Part shown: in pieces, positions 38,694 through 46,986 of the stretch | Position numbering within the stretch: the stretch's first letter is position 1 | Layout of the letters: each line of letters begins with the position of its first letter | NCBI RefSeq assembly: GCF_965237845.1 | Contig: NZ_OZ250154.1 | Span: 657,831-721,830 of the forward strand | DNA: 64,000 nucleotides | Source: Candidatus Spongiihabitans sp. | GTDB taxonomy: Bacteria; Pseudomonadota; Gammaproteobacteria; Arenicellales; Poriferihabitantaceae | Direction: 5' to 3' | Program-made: the position numbers and the translations under genes | The notes under the pieces: model-generated | Databases searched by the model: none | What the model was told of the DNA's origin: nothing | The model's input: only the letters and a program-made list of their open reading frames with translations

Positions 38694-40396
38694 GCTGATT
38701 TCAGCATTTCCTGGGCCTGGGCCAATGCCTGTTTGGTAATTTTTTCGCCCGCCGTCATGCGTGCAATTTCTGCTACTCGTTGTTCGGCGTTTAACTTAAC
38801 GACCTTGGCTTCCACTTGGTCATGTCCTTGCCTAGATCCTTGATGAAGTCTTTGATTGGGCCCTTGCTTGGAAACACTAAAATGATGATCACCCTTGGCG
38901 GCGACCTGAGAAAGATGGGTGATACAGATAACCTGATTGGATTTTCCCAGCTGTTTTAGTTTCTGACCGACCACGTTTGCGACTTCACCGCCAATGCCCA
39001 CATCCACCTCATCAAATATCAATGTTGGCGCCTGCGTTTTATTCGCCAGCACAACTTGAATGCCCAGGGAAATTCGCGACAACTCGCCGCCAGAGGCTAC
39101 CTTTGTCAGGGATTGGAGCGGTTGGCCTGGATTGGCGGCGACCACAAACTCCACGTTCTCATTACCGAATTGAGTGTAGCTACCTGTCTCAATAGGTATA
39201 AGCCGAATGTCGAACCGACCGCCTTTCATACCCAGCTCCTGCATCAATGTGGTCACTTCGCTCGCAAGATACCGAGCTGATTTATTTCGATTCGCGCTGA
39301 TCTTCGTTGCCATACCCTGATACGTTTCCGACTCGGTTTCCAGTAGATCGTTGAGACGTCCCAATTCTCGTTGCGGATCTTTTAGACCAGCCAGTTCACG
39401 TTTCATCGTGTCAAGGTGGTCGACAAGCAATTGCGGCAGCAATCGATGTTTTCTGGCCAAAGTCTGGTACAGCGAAAAACGCGTTTCTATTTTCTCCACT
39501 TCTTCCGGGTCAATTTCGTTGTCTTGATAAAAAGGGCGAAGTTGGTTTGCGGCTTCTTCAATATTGACCTCGGCTTCATCAATCATTTTTGCGATGGATT
39601 TTAAGCTGTCGTCGAATTGAGAAAGCCGTTCAAGTTGCAGACCGCATTGAATTAATTGGCTGCTTAAATTATGGTCTTCGGATTGGTGCAGGATTTTCGC
39701 CACGGTGTGGGCGCCAGCCGACAGTTCCTGTTGATGATTTAATCGTTTGTGCTTGTTTTCCAGAGACAACCACTCATCGGCTTCGGGGGCAAGTTCATTT
39801 AATTCTTCAATTTGAAACTTAAGCAAGTCTGTACGCTCCTGTGCAGCCTGGCTTTGATCATTGAGTTGGTCGATTTGTTTCTGGATATTATTAATCGCAT
39901 GGCAGCAATCGCTGAGCTCAGCGACCCGCTCAATATTGTCGGCAGCGCCGTCCAGCAACATTTGCTGCACCGGTTTTTTCAGCAAGGAGTGATGTTCGTT
40001 TTGTCCGTGGATATCGACAATATCCTTGCCAAGATCGCGCAATTGCGACACGGTTGCGGCATGACCATTAATATAACCCTTGCTCGATTTGTCCCGTCGA
40101 ATAACCCTCCGCAACAGGCACTCATTGTCGTTGGCCATGCCGTGTTGCGCCAGCCAATGCAGGCAGGGGTGGCCTGGCGGTAAATCAAAACTTGCCTGAA
40201 GTTCAGCGGTATTGTGATTATGGCGGATATAACTATTATCGGAACGGTGACCGAGTAAAATACCGATGGCATCAACAATTAACGATTTTCCCGAACCCGT
40301 TTCCCCGGTCACTGTGGTAAAACTACGCTCAAACTCAAGTTCGATATGATCGGCAATTACAAATTGTTTGATTTCCAGCCAGTCAATCATTCTCAT
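38690..40396 (-). CDS. recN: DNA repair protein RecN
   Basis: Walker A GETGSGKSLIVDAIGILLG, long coiled-coil middle, signature ASGGELSRISLGIQV, Walker B LIFDEVDVGIGG. ATG at 40396 overlaps the nadK stop (ATGA); ATG at 40390 is also possible. Confidence 0.92.
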   Translation of the reverse strand: MRMIDWLEIKQFVIADHIELEFERSFTTVTGETGSGKSLIVDAIGILLGHRSDNSYIRHNHNTAELQASFDLPPGHPCLHWLAQHGMANDNECLLRRVIRRDKSSKGYINGHAATVSQLRDLGKDIVDIHGQNEHHSLLKKPVQQMLLDGAADNIERVAELSDCCHAINNIQKQIDQLNDQSQAAQERTDLLKFQIEELNELAPEADEWLSLENKHKRLNHQQELSAGAHTVAKILHQSEDHNLSSQLIQCGLQLERLSQFDDSLKSIAKMIDEAEVNIEEAANQLRPFYQDNEIDPEEVEKIETRFSLYQTLARKHRLLPQLLVDHLDTMKRELAGLKDPQRELGRLNDLLETESETYQGMATKISANRNKSARYLASEVTTLMQELGMKGGRFDIRLIPIETGSYTQFGNENVEFVVAANPGQPLQSLTKVASGGELSRISLGIQVVLANKTQAPTLIFDEVDVGIGGEVANVVGQKLKQLGKSNQVICITHLSQVAAKGDHHFSVSKQGPNQRLHQGSRQGHDQVEAKVVKLNAEQRVAEIARMTAGEKITKQALAQAQEMLKSA

Positions 40397-41259
40397 CCAT
40401 TCCAACCGAGTTTTGAGTGTAAGGTTTCAAAGTGGTTGAATCCCTTAATTCGCACCATTTTCAGTTTCTTTGCCGCACGTTTTATTGCGATGGTTTCATC
40501 CCCTTTTAGCTGAGCGGCGATCACGCCGTCGAAGGCCAGATTTGCGGGCGCTTCGTGGACTTTCAATGCGGTAATTTCCACCTTGTCATTTTCATCCAAA
40601 ATTATTGGGCGATTACTTAACGTATGCGGACAAATGGGCGACATGCTGATTACCGGAAGATTCGGGTAGATGATAGGGCCGCCGGCGGACAGGGCGTAAG
40701 CGGTTGACCCGGTCGGCGTCGAGAGAATCAAGCCATCGCTTCTTGGCTGGCTGACAAATTGACCGTTGACCCAGATTTCAAACTCTATCAATCGACCGGT
40801 GTTGCCTTTTGAGATAACCATATCGTTAAGCGAAATTCCAGAACAAACTTGCGTGCCATTTTGGGTTACTTGGCATTGCAGCATAGTCCGGCGCTCGATA
40901 GCATAATCGCCTTTTAAAATTGACGACATACTGGTATCAAGATCGGAAAGCGCAATATCTGTGAGAAACCCCAGACGACCGAGATTCACCCCGATGGCAA
41001 GGACATCGTGGTTGGATAATTCTCGCGCCACATTCAACATGGTGCCATCCCCGCCGACCGCAATAGCGAGATCAATAACCTCCTGCAGAGGCTGGTCATG
41101 ATCGTCAATTCTAGCGCCCGCAATTTTCGTGGAGGTGGTGTTGCCGAGCAGCACGGACAAGTTTTTGTCCTCAAGCACCGCTTTAACCTGAGCAATAGCG
41201 CCTGCTACACTGCTGTCGTTGAATTTTCCGAATAGGCCAACTTTTGTAATTTTCACCAT
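40393..41259 (-). CDS. nadK: NAD kinase
   Basis: AVGGDGTMLNVAR (GGDG motif), STPTGSTAYALSAGGPI. Confidence 0.92.
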   Translation of the reverse strand: MVKITKVGLFGKFNDSSVAGAIAQVKAVLEDKNLSVLLGNTTSTKIAGARIDDHDQPLQEVIDLAIAVGGDGTMLNVARELSNHDVLAIGVNLGRLGFLTDIALSDLDTSMSSILKGDYAIERRTMLQCQVTQNGTQVCSGISLNDMVISKGNTGRLIEFEIWVNGQFVSQPRSDGLILSTPTGSTAYALSAGGPIIYPNLPVISMSPICPHTLSNRPIILDENDKVEITALKVHEAPANLAFDGVIAAQLKGDETIAIKRAAKKLKMVRIKGFNHFETLHSKLGWNG

Positions 41260-41336
41260 AATACCAGTCGCTTAAACTGATATTATACATCAGCAATTTA
41301 ATTTGGGCTTAAAATTGATTTGGGTGAAAATCGACC

Positions 41337-41946
41337 TGTCCGGGCTCAGACACAAATGAGACTATTAAGAGGATAAAAAATCGGGCAGTCCGTGGTGAAA
41401 TCCTTTCACTTAAATCACAGGCGCCTGCCCGATGCAGATCAAAAGCCTGCGTATCCAATCATATGACCGCCAAGGATGGCGGAAATGCAGGTTTTGCAGG
41501 AGCGAAAACCGGTCCGCAGTTCGGCGAGTGCGTTGGCTTGGACGCGATCGAAAGAAGGAGGGGCGGCGATTTTCCTGGAGCGTTGCCTCAAACTCACGCC
41601 ATTCGCCCGCCAACAAGGGGGCGCCGACAGCGGCGGCGAGTTCAGGGGCGGTTTCGATCAACTGCTCACCGACAGTAACATCACGCATCTATGGACTTAT
41701 CCGAAAAGGCCGAAGATGAACGCGCATGGCGAGCGCTTCAACCGCACCATACCGGCGCAGTTTGTGGATTATCACGAAAATCATCTGTTTGACGATCTCG
41801 ATTTGTTCAACCAAAAACTGGCCGATTGGCTGGTCAAATACAACGCCATTCGACCGCATAAAGGGCTTGAACTGAAAACACCGGCTCAGGCTGTCATTGA
41901 AAACAACAAAAAATGCAATATGTGGTGGACCCATACAAAACCCTGA
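41337..41946 (+). mobile_element. Second deletion derivative of the same or a related rve-type IS; left inverted repeat present, right end missing
   Basis: The same left end tgtccgggctcagacacaaatgagactattaagagg and ~190 bp similar to 17058-17250. The residual transposase C-terminus is GGEFRGGFDQLL...ITHLWTYPKRPKMNAHGERFNRTIPAQF...YNAIRPHKGLELKTP. Confidence 0.7.
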
Positions 41947-42178
41947 AAATTGTCTTACCCGAGCTTATACTAACAGTTTAGACCTTGCTGTTTTAAACGA
42001 CTGCAAGTCTATCGCTTTTCCAGCTATTTCGTGTGGAGCCTACGGTTACCCTGTTCAAGAAGCGGCTGAAATCGCAATATCAATTTGCCTAAAAAGTAAA
42101 TATGAGAATTTGGCAATTAGTTTTTTCTATACAACAAATCAACTTTTGAGTGTTGGGCTAAAGCTCTTGAAAGACTGA
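41947..42178 (+). pseudogene. Macro-domain (YmdB/Appr-1-p processing) protein 3' fragment
   Basis: LTRAYTNSLDLAVLNDCKSIAFPAISCGAYGYPVQEAAEIA aligns by eye with the C-terminal half of E. coli YmdB (LQDAYLNSLRLV...VAFPAISTGVYGYP). The N-terminal half is absent, abutting the IS remnant. Confidence 0.6.
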
Positions 42179-42255
42179 ATTCCTAACAAAACGATGCGCC
42201 GGATAAGTTTCGCTGGTGCTTAACGTTGCCGGTGATCTCAGCGTCAGCAACCTAG

Positions 42256-42945
42256 TTAGCCATCGCTCGACTTTTCGTCGGCGGTTGTTTCCTCTGAATC
42301 TTCCGCATCGGTTTCCAGTTCCTCTTCTGCGGCGACTACATCCTCAGGCTCGATTTCGATGCGCGGCGGCAATACCGAAACCACGGCGTAATCGTGTTCA
42401 TTGTTTTCGTCGTGCATCAACGTTGTGATACTGACGCCTTCTGGAAGTTTAATATCCGACAAATGCAATGATTCATTTAAATCAAGATGGGTGATATCCA
42501 ATTCAATGGATTCCGGCAGGTCGCCCGGCAAGCAGGATATTTCCACATCATTGATCAAGTGAGAAATGATGCCGCCGCTGGTTCTAACGCCGACACAATC
42601 TTGTTCGCCGATGAAGTGAATCGGCAACGGCATGGTCAAGGTTTTCTTTTCATCCACGCGTTGAAAATCCGCATGCAGGATGCTTATTTTATGGGGATGG
42701 CGTTGGACGTCCCGAAGTATGGCTTGCTCTTTATTGCCGTCCGTATTGATAATGAGAACCGCCGAGTGGAATTCTTCTTTTTCCAAACTATGGAACAATA
42801 CATCATGGTTGATGGCAATATGGACATTTCCCTTATCGCCGCCGTATAAAACCGCAGGCACATCGCCTTCACGGCGCAATCGTCGGACCAGATTAGTGCC
42901 CGAACGGGCTCGGACTCTGGCGATAAGTTCAAATTGATCTGACAT
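42256..42945 (-). CDS. rplY: 50S ribosomal protein L25 / general stress protein Ctc (long form with acidic tail)
   Basis: RVRARSGTNLVRRLRREGDVPAVLYGG...ILRDVQRHPHK..ILHADFQRV. Confidence 0.9.
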   Translation of the reverse strand: MSDQFELIARVRARSGTNLVRRLRREGDVPAVLYGGDKGNVHIAINHDVLFHSLEKEEFHSAVLIINTDGNKEQAILRDVQRHPHKISILHADFQRVDEKKTLTMPLPIHFIGEQDCVGVRTSGGIISHLINDVEISCLPGDLPESIELDITHLDLNESLHLSDIKLPEGVSITTLMHDENNEHDYAVVSVLPPRIEIEPEDVVAAEEELETDAEDSEETTADEKSSDG

Positions 42946-42963
42946 TTTCTTGCTCTGGTAGGG

Positions 42964-43917
42964 TTAATCGATAAACAGGTTGCTGATTGAGTCGGCGGTC
43001 GCAACGCGACGGATTGACTCGGCTAATAATTCGGCCACGCTTAATTGCTTGATCTTCGCGCAATTTTGGGCATTTTCTCGCAGTGGAATTGAATTGGTAA
43101 CTAGTAATTCATCGATTTCTGAATCATCAATACGCTTAATCGCCTGGCCGGACAGAACTGGATGAGTACAACTTGCAAGCACCTTGATTGCGCCATGCTG
43201 TTTTAGGGCGCGGGCCGCTTCGCAAAGGGTGTTGGCGGTATCCACTATGTCATCGATAAGAATACAGGAGCGCTCAGAAACATCGCCGATGATATGCATC
43301 ACTTTAGCTTCATTGGCTTTGGGACGGCGTTTGTCGATGATGGCAAGATCGGTTTCAAGCTGTTTGGCCATCGCGCGCGCGCGGACAACGCCGCCGACAT
43401 CAGGCGATACGATAATCGGATTGGGTAATTGCTTGCGCCATAATTCGCTCATCAATACCGGCGAGCCATAAATATTGTCGGTGGGAATATCAAAAAAGCC
43501 GAGGATTTGATCGGCATGCAAATCCATGGTCAGAACCCGGTCGGCGCCGGCAACGCCGATCATTTCCGCAACCAGTTTCGCGGAAATGGCAACCCGCGCA
43601 GTGCGCGGACGCCGATCCTGGCGGGCATAACCGAGATAGGGGATAACGGCGGTAATGCGGCCTGCGGACGAGCGTTTAACGGCATCTATCATGACCAGCA
43701 ATTCCATCAGATTGTTATTGCTCGGCGCGCAAGTGGGCTGGATGATAAAAATATCCCGACCGCGAACATTTTCCATAATCTCCACGTTGATTTCACCATC
43801 GCTAAACCTACCCACTGTGGCCTTGCCCAAGGGGATTCCCAGCAACTGCACAACCTCTGCGGCTAATCCAGGATTAGCGTTACCTGCAAATATTGCCAGA
43901 TTTTCAGGTGATACCAT
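42964..43917 (-). CDS. prs: Ribose-phosphate pyrophosphokinase
   Basis: [48 protein letters not shown]. Confidence 0.95.
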   Translation of the reverse strand: MVSPENLAIFAGNANPGLAAEVVQLLGIPLGKATVGRFSDGEINVEIMENVRGRDIFIIQPTCAPSNNNLMELLVMIDAVKRSSAGRITAVIPYLGYARQDRRPRTARVAISAKLVAEMIGVAGADRVLTMDLHADQILGFFDIPTDNIYGSPVLMSELWRKQLPNPIIVSPDVGGVVRARAMAKQLETDLAIIDKRRPKANEAKVMHIIGDVSERSCILIDDIVDTANTLCEAARALKQHGAIKVLASCTHPVLSGQAIKRIDDSEIDELLVTNSIPLRENAQNCAKIKQLSVAELLAESIRRVATADSISNLFID

Positions 43918-43949
43918 GTTTCCTCAAGAAATTAGTGGCCAAAAAATAG

Positions 43950-44027
43950 TGGCTGGGGTGGGAGGATTCGAACCTCCGAAATGCCAGAATCAAAATCTGG
44001 TGCCTTAGGCCGCTTGGCTACACCCCA
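43950..44027 (-). tRNA. tRNA-Gln (anticodon UUG)
   Basis: The reverse complement reads TGGGGTGTAGCCAAGCGGCCTAAGGCACCAGATTTTGATTCTGGCATTTCGGAGGTTCGAATCCTCCCACCCCAGCCA. It is closely similar to E. coli tRNA-Gln with anticodon loop TTTTGAT. My hand fold gives 78 nt, i.e. a slightly long D and variable region. Confidence 0.85.
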
Positions 44028-44257
44028 ATGATTAAGCATGGTCATAAGTTAATATGCAATGTAAGGTGCTCGTGGTTGCTTGTTGCTGGTGTTTTATACA
44101 CTACATTCAGGCTAAATCGGGATAGCCACGTAAACCGGGCGTATTCTGATTGTCATATCGCCCTCTGTCAATGAAAAAGTGGAGTTCGGCAATAATTTCT
44201 TGTCAATGATGTTCGTTCAATTGATAATAAGCCAATTATTTTAATATTTCCAGACAC

Positions 44258-45232
44258 ATGAACCGAGCTCAATACGGCGCAATCACGGAAGGCGCGGAAC
44301 GAGAAATAGGATTTTATCTCTCCGATAATTTCAGTATGCTGCCATTCATATCTGCGGTGGAGCCTTTACGCATAGCCAATCGCATGTCGCGCAAACCGCT
44401 GTATCAGTGGTCTATCGTCACTGAAAATGGAGACAGTGTTTTCGCAACCAATGGGATGGAATTAGCCGCAAAATATGCCGTTAAGAATGCACCGGATTTT
44501 TCCATGATCTTTGTAAACGGCCCCCATGAACCTAAAAATTTCAATCACCGACCGACGCTCAATTGGTTAGCAGGGCAGAGTAAGCGCGGCATTGTTATTG
44601 GGGGAATTGAAACGGGTTGCCACATTCTCGCTGAATCGGGTCTTCTGGATGGTATTCAATGCACTACCCATTGGGAAAACCAGGTCGAGTTTGTTGAAGC
44701 TTTTCCAAAACATAAAGTTTCATCCGATGTCTATGAGATCGACGGCAACCGAGTGACCTGTTCCGGGGGAGCGGTTTCCATGGATATGATGCTCTATATC
44801 ATTGAGCAACATCATGGTCACGAATTAGCCGCCTCGGTGGCGGATGTGATGATTCATCCAAATATTTGCCACCCCGGCGAACCACAGCGAATGAATGTTC
44901 AGGCGCGCACCGGCGTAAGCCATCCAGCGTTGCTGGAGTGTATTGAGCTGATGGAAGCCAATATAGAACAACCGCTATCGCCTAACGAATTAGCGCGTTT
45001 GGTCGAGATATCCAAACGCCAGTTGGAAAGATTGTTCCGCCGCTATTTGAATACCACCCCGGCGCGCTACTATCTGAATATGCGGCTGGATGCCGCTCGA
45101 AAAATGTTGGAGACAAGCGCTATGAAAATTATTGATGTCACGGTAGCTTGCGGGTTTAAATCTGCTGGACATTTCAGCAGCCGCTCTTATTCCAGCTATG
45201 GCGTTACCCCGCGAGATTCACGTAAAATCTGA
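44258..45232 (+). CDS. GlxA-family (DJ-1/PfpI + AraC HTH) transcriptional regulator
   Basis: N-terminal amidotransferase-like domain (IGFYLSDNFSMLPFISAVEPLRIAN) and C-terminal AraC HTH (LSPNELARLVEISKRQLERLFRRYLNTTPARYYLNMRLDAARKML...ACGFKSAGHFS). Confidence 0.85.
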   Translation: MNRAQYGAITEGAEREIGFYLSDNFSMLPFISAVEPLRIANRMSRKPLYQWSIVTENGDSVFATNGMELAAKYAVKNAPDFSMIFVNGPHEPKNFNHRPTLNWLAGQSKRGIVIGGIETGCHILAESGLLDGIQCTTHWENQVEFVEAFPKHKVSSDVYEIDGNRVTCSGGAVSMDMMLYIIEQHHGHELAASVADVMIHPNICHPGEPQRMNVQARTGVSHPALLECIELMEANIEQPLSPNELARLVEISKRQLERLFRRYLNTTPARYYLNMRLDAARKMLETSAMKIIDVTVACGFKSAGHFSSRSYSSYGVTPRDSRKI

Positions 45233-45375
45233 TAATTGATTGGAATGCCTGAAATTTTAACGGACGCAGAAATTGAAATTCGAGTCGTTAAATATTACAT
45301 GATTGAAATCGGTTTCAATGATACTCAGCGTTCTTTTTAAACATTAAACTAACATTAAAACTTAGGCTCAAACTT

Positions 45376-46953
45376 ATGGTTAGAAGAGCAGGTGGAAGAG
45401 AAGCAAGAAAGGCATTACGCGCCGCACCGTTAGCCGAAGAGAATAAACCGGTTCGACCGGGGCAAAGCGGCGGCCGATTTATGCCGCTTACTGATGATGA
45501 TTTAAAACGTGTGCATGAAGCCATGCTTGATCTTTTGGAGAATGTTGGTTTTACTCGGCAGCTGCCATCGTGTGTTGAAATGGTGACTAAAGCTGGAGGA
45601 AAGTTAACCGCGGAAGGGCGGTTATTATTTCCCAGAGAGCTGATTGAATGGACTATGGAAACCTGTGCTCGAGATATTACCCTGTACGGTCAGTCTCCTG
45701 AACATGATATGCACCTAAGTGGAAACCAAATATATTTTGGCACCGCTGGCGCGGCGGTGCATGTCGTCGATGATTGGAAGCATCATGATCAATACAGCGG
45801 CAGAAAAGCGGGTGTTTATCGGGAATCCACGCTTCAGGATTTATACGATGCGGCGCGCTTGGTGGATTATCATGAGCATATTCATTTTTTCCAACGCTGC
45901 ATGGTTGCCCGCGATATCGAGCAGCCTGCAGCGATGGATTTGAATACCACCTATGCCTCGGTTGCCGGCACCACCAAACACTGCGGGGTAAGTTATGTGG
46001 AACCGCAACACGCCGAGGAAGGCTTGAAACTGTTGCATGAAATTGCCGGCGGTGAAGATAAATGGCGGGCTCGGCCGTTTGCCAGCGTGTCCTGTTGTTT
46101 TGTTGTGCCGCCATTACGTTTCGCTGAAGATGCATGCCGGGTTATGGAAGTATGCGTGCGCGGCGGTATGCCGATATTGTTGCTCGCGGCTGGGCAGGCT
46201 GGCGCGACCAGTCCGGCATCGCTGGCCGGCGCGGTGGTGCAGGAATGCGCCGAGTCTTTGGCGGCATTGGCATATGCTAATCTGATTGTTCCGGGGCATC
46301 CCTGTATCTATGGCCCATGGCCGTTTGTTTCCGATTTACGCACCGGCGCCATGAGCGGCGGCAGTGGCGAGCAAGCGATTTTGATGGCCGCCTGCGGCCA
46401 GGTCGGCCGCTATTTGGACTTGCCCACAGGTATTGCCGCGGGCATGGCGGATTCCAAAATTCCCGATGCCCAGTCTGGATTTGAAAAAGGCTATACGTTA
46501 GCGCTTGCCGGCCATAGCGGCACCAATTTGGTGTATGAAACGGTGGGGATGCAGGCAAGTTTGCTGGGCTTTAGTTTTGAGGGCGCGACCATCGATAATG
46601 ATATGCTGGGCGCGATCAATCGTAGCGTTCGCGGCGTTGAAATCGATATCGAGAACCTTGCCCTGGAAACCATCGAGGATGTTTGCATAAACGGCCCGGA
46701 GCATTTTCTTGGACACCAGGCCACTTTATCGAGGATGGAAACCGATTACGTTTATCCTGATGTCGGCAATCGATTAACCCCGGCGGAATGGCAGGAATTG
46801 GGCTCCAAAACAGTCAATGATGTGGCGCGGGAAAAAACCCGGGAAATACTCGCTAGTCATTTCCCATCCCATATTTCCGATGAACTGGATGCTCGAATTC
46901 GTGAAAAATTTGATATTCGACTTCCCCGGCAACAGATGCAGCCCAAAATTTGA
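45376..46953 (+). CDS. MttB-superfamily (trimethylamine methyltransferase-like, non-pyrrolysine) methyltransferase
   Basis: 525 aa. RRAGGREARKALRA...PLTDDDLKRVHEAMLDLLENVGF is the characteristic MttB-family N-terminus. Uninterrupted ORF with no in-frame TAG. Confidence 0.8.
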   Translation: MVRRAGGREARKALRAAPLAEENKPVRPGQSGGRFMPLTDDDLKRVHEAMLDLLENVGFTRQLPSCVEMVTKAGGKLTAEGRLLFPRELIEWTMETCARDITLYGQSPEHDMHLSGNQIYFGTAGAAVHVVDDWKHHDQYSGRKAGVYRESTLQDLYDAARLVDYHEHIHFFQRCMVARDIEQPAAMDLNTTYASVAGTTKHCGVSYVEPQHAEEGLKLLHEIAGGEDKWRARPFASVSCCFVVPPLRFAEDACRVMEVCVRGGMPILLLAAGQAGATSPASLAGAVVQECAESLAALAYANLIVPGHPCIYGPWPFVSDLRTGAMSGGSGEQAILMAACGQVGRYLDLPTGIAAGMADSKIPDAQSGFEKGYTLALAGHSGTNLVYETVGMQASLLGFSFEGATIDNDMLGAINRSVRGVEIDIENLALETIEDVCINGPEHFLGHQATLSRMETDYVYPDVGNRLTPAEWQELGSKTVNDVAREKTREILASHFPSHISDELDARIREKFDIRLPRQQMQPKI

Positions 46954-46986
46954 AGAACAAGTAGTCATAATAAAGAGGCATTAATC

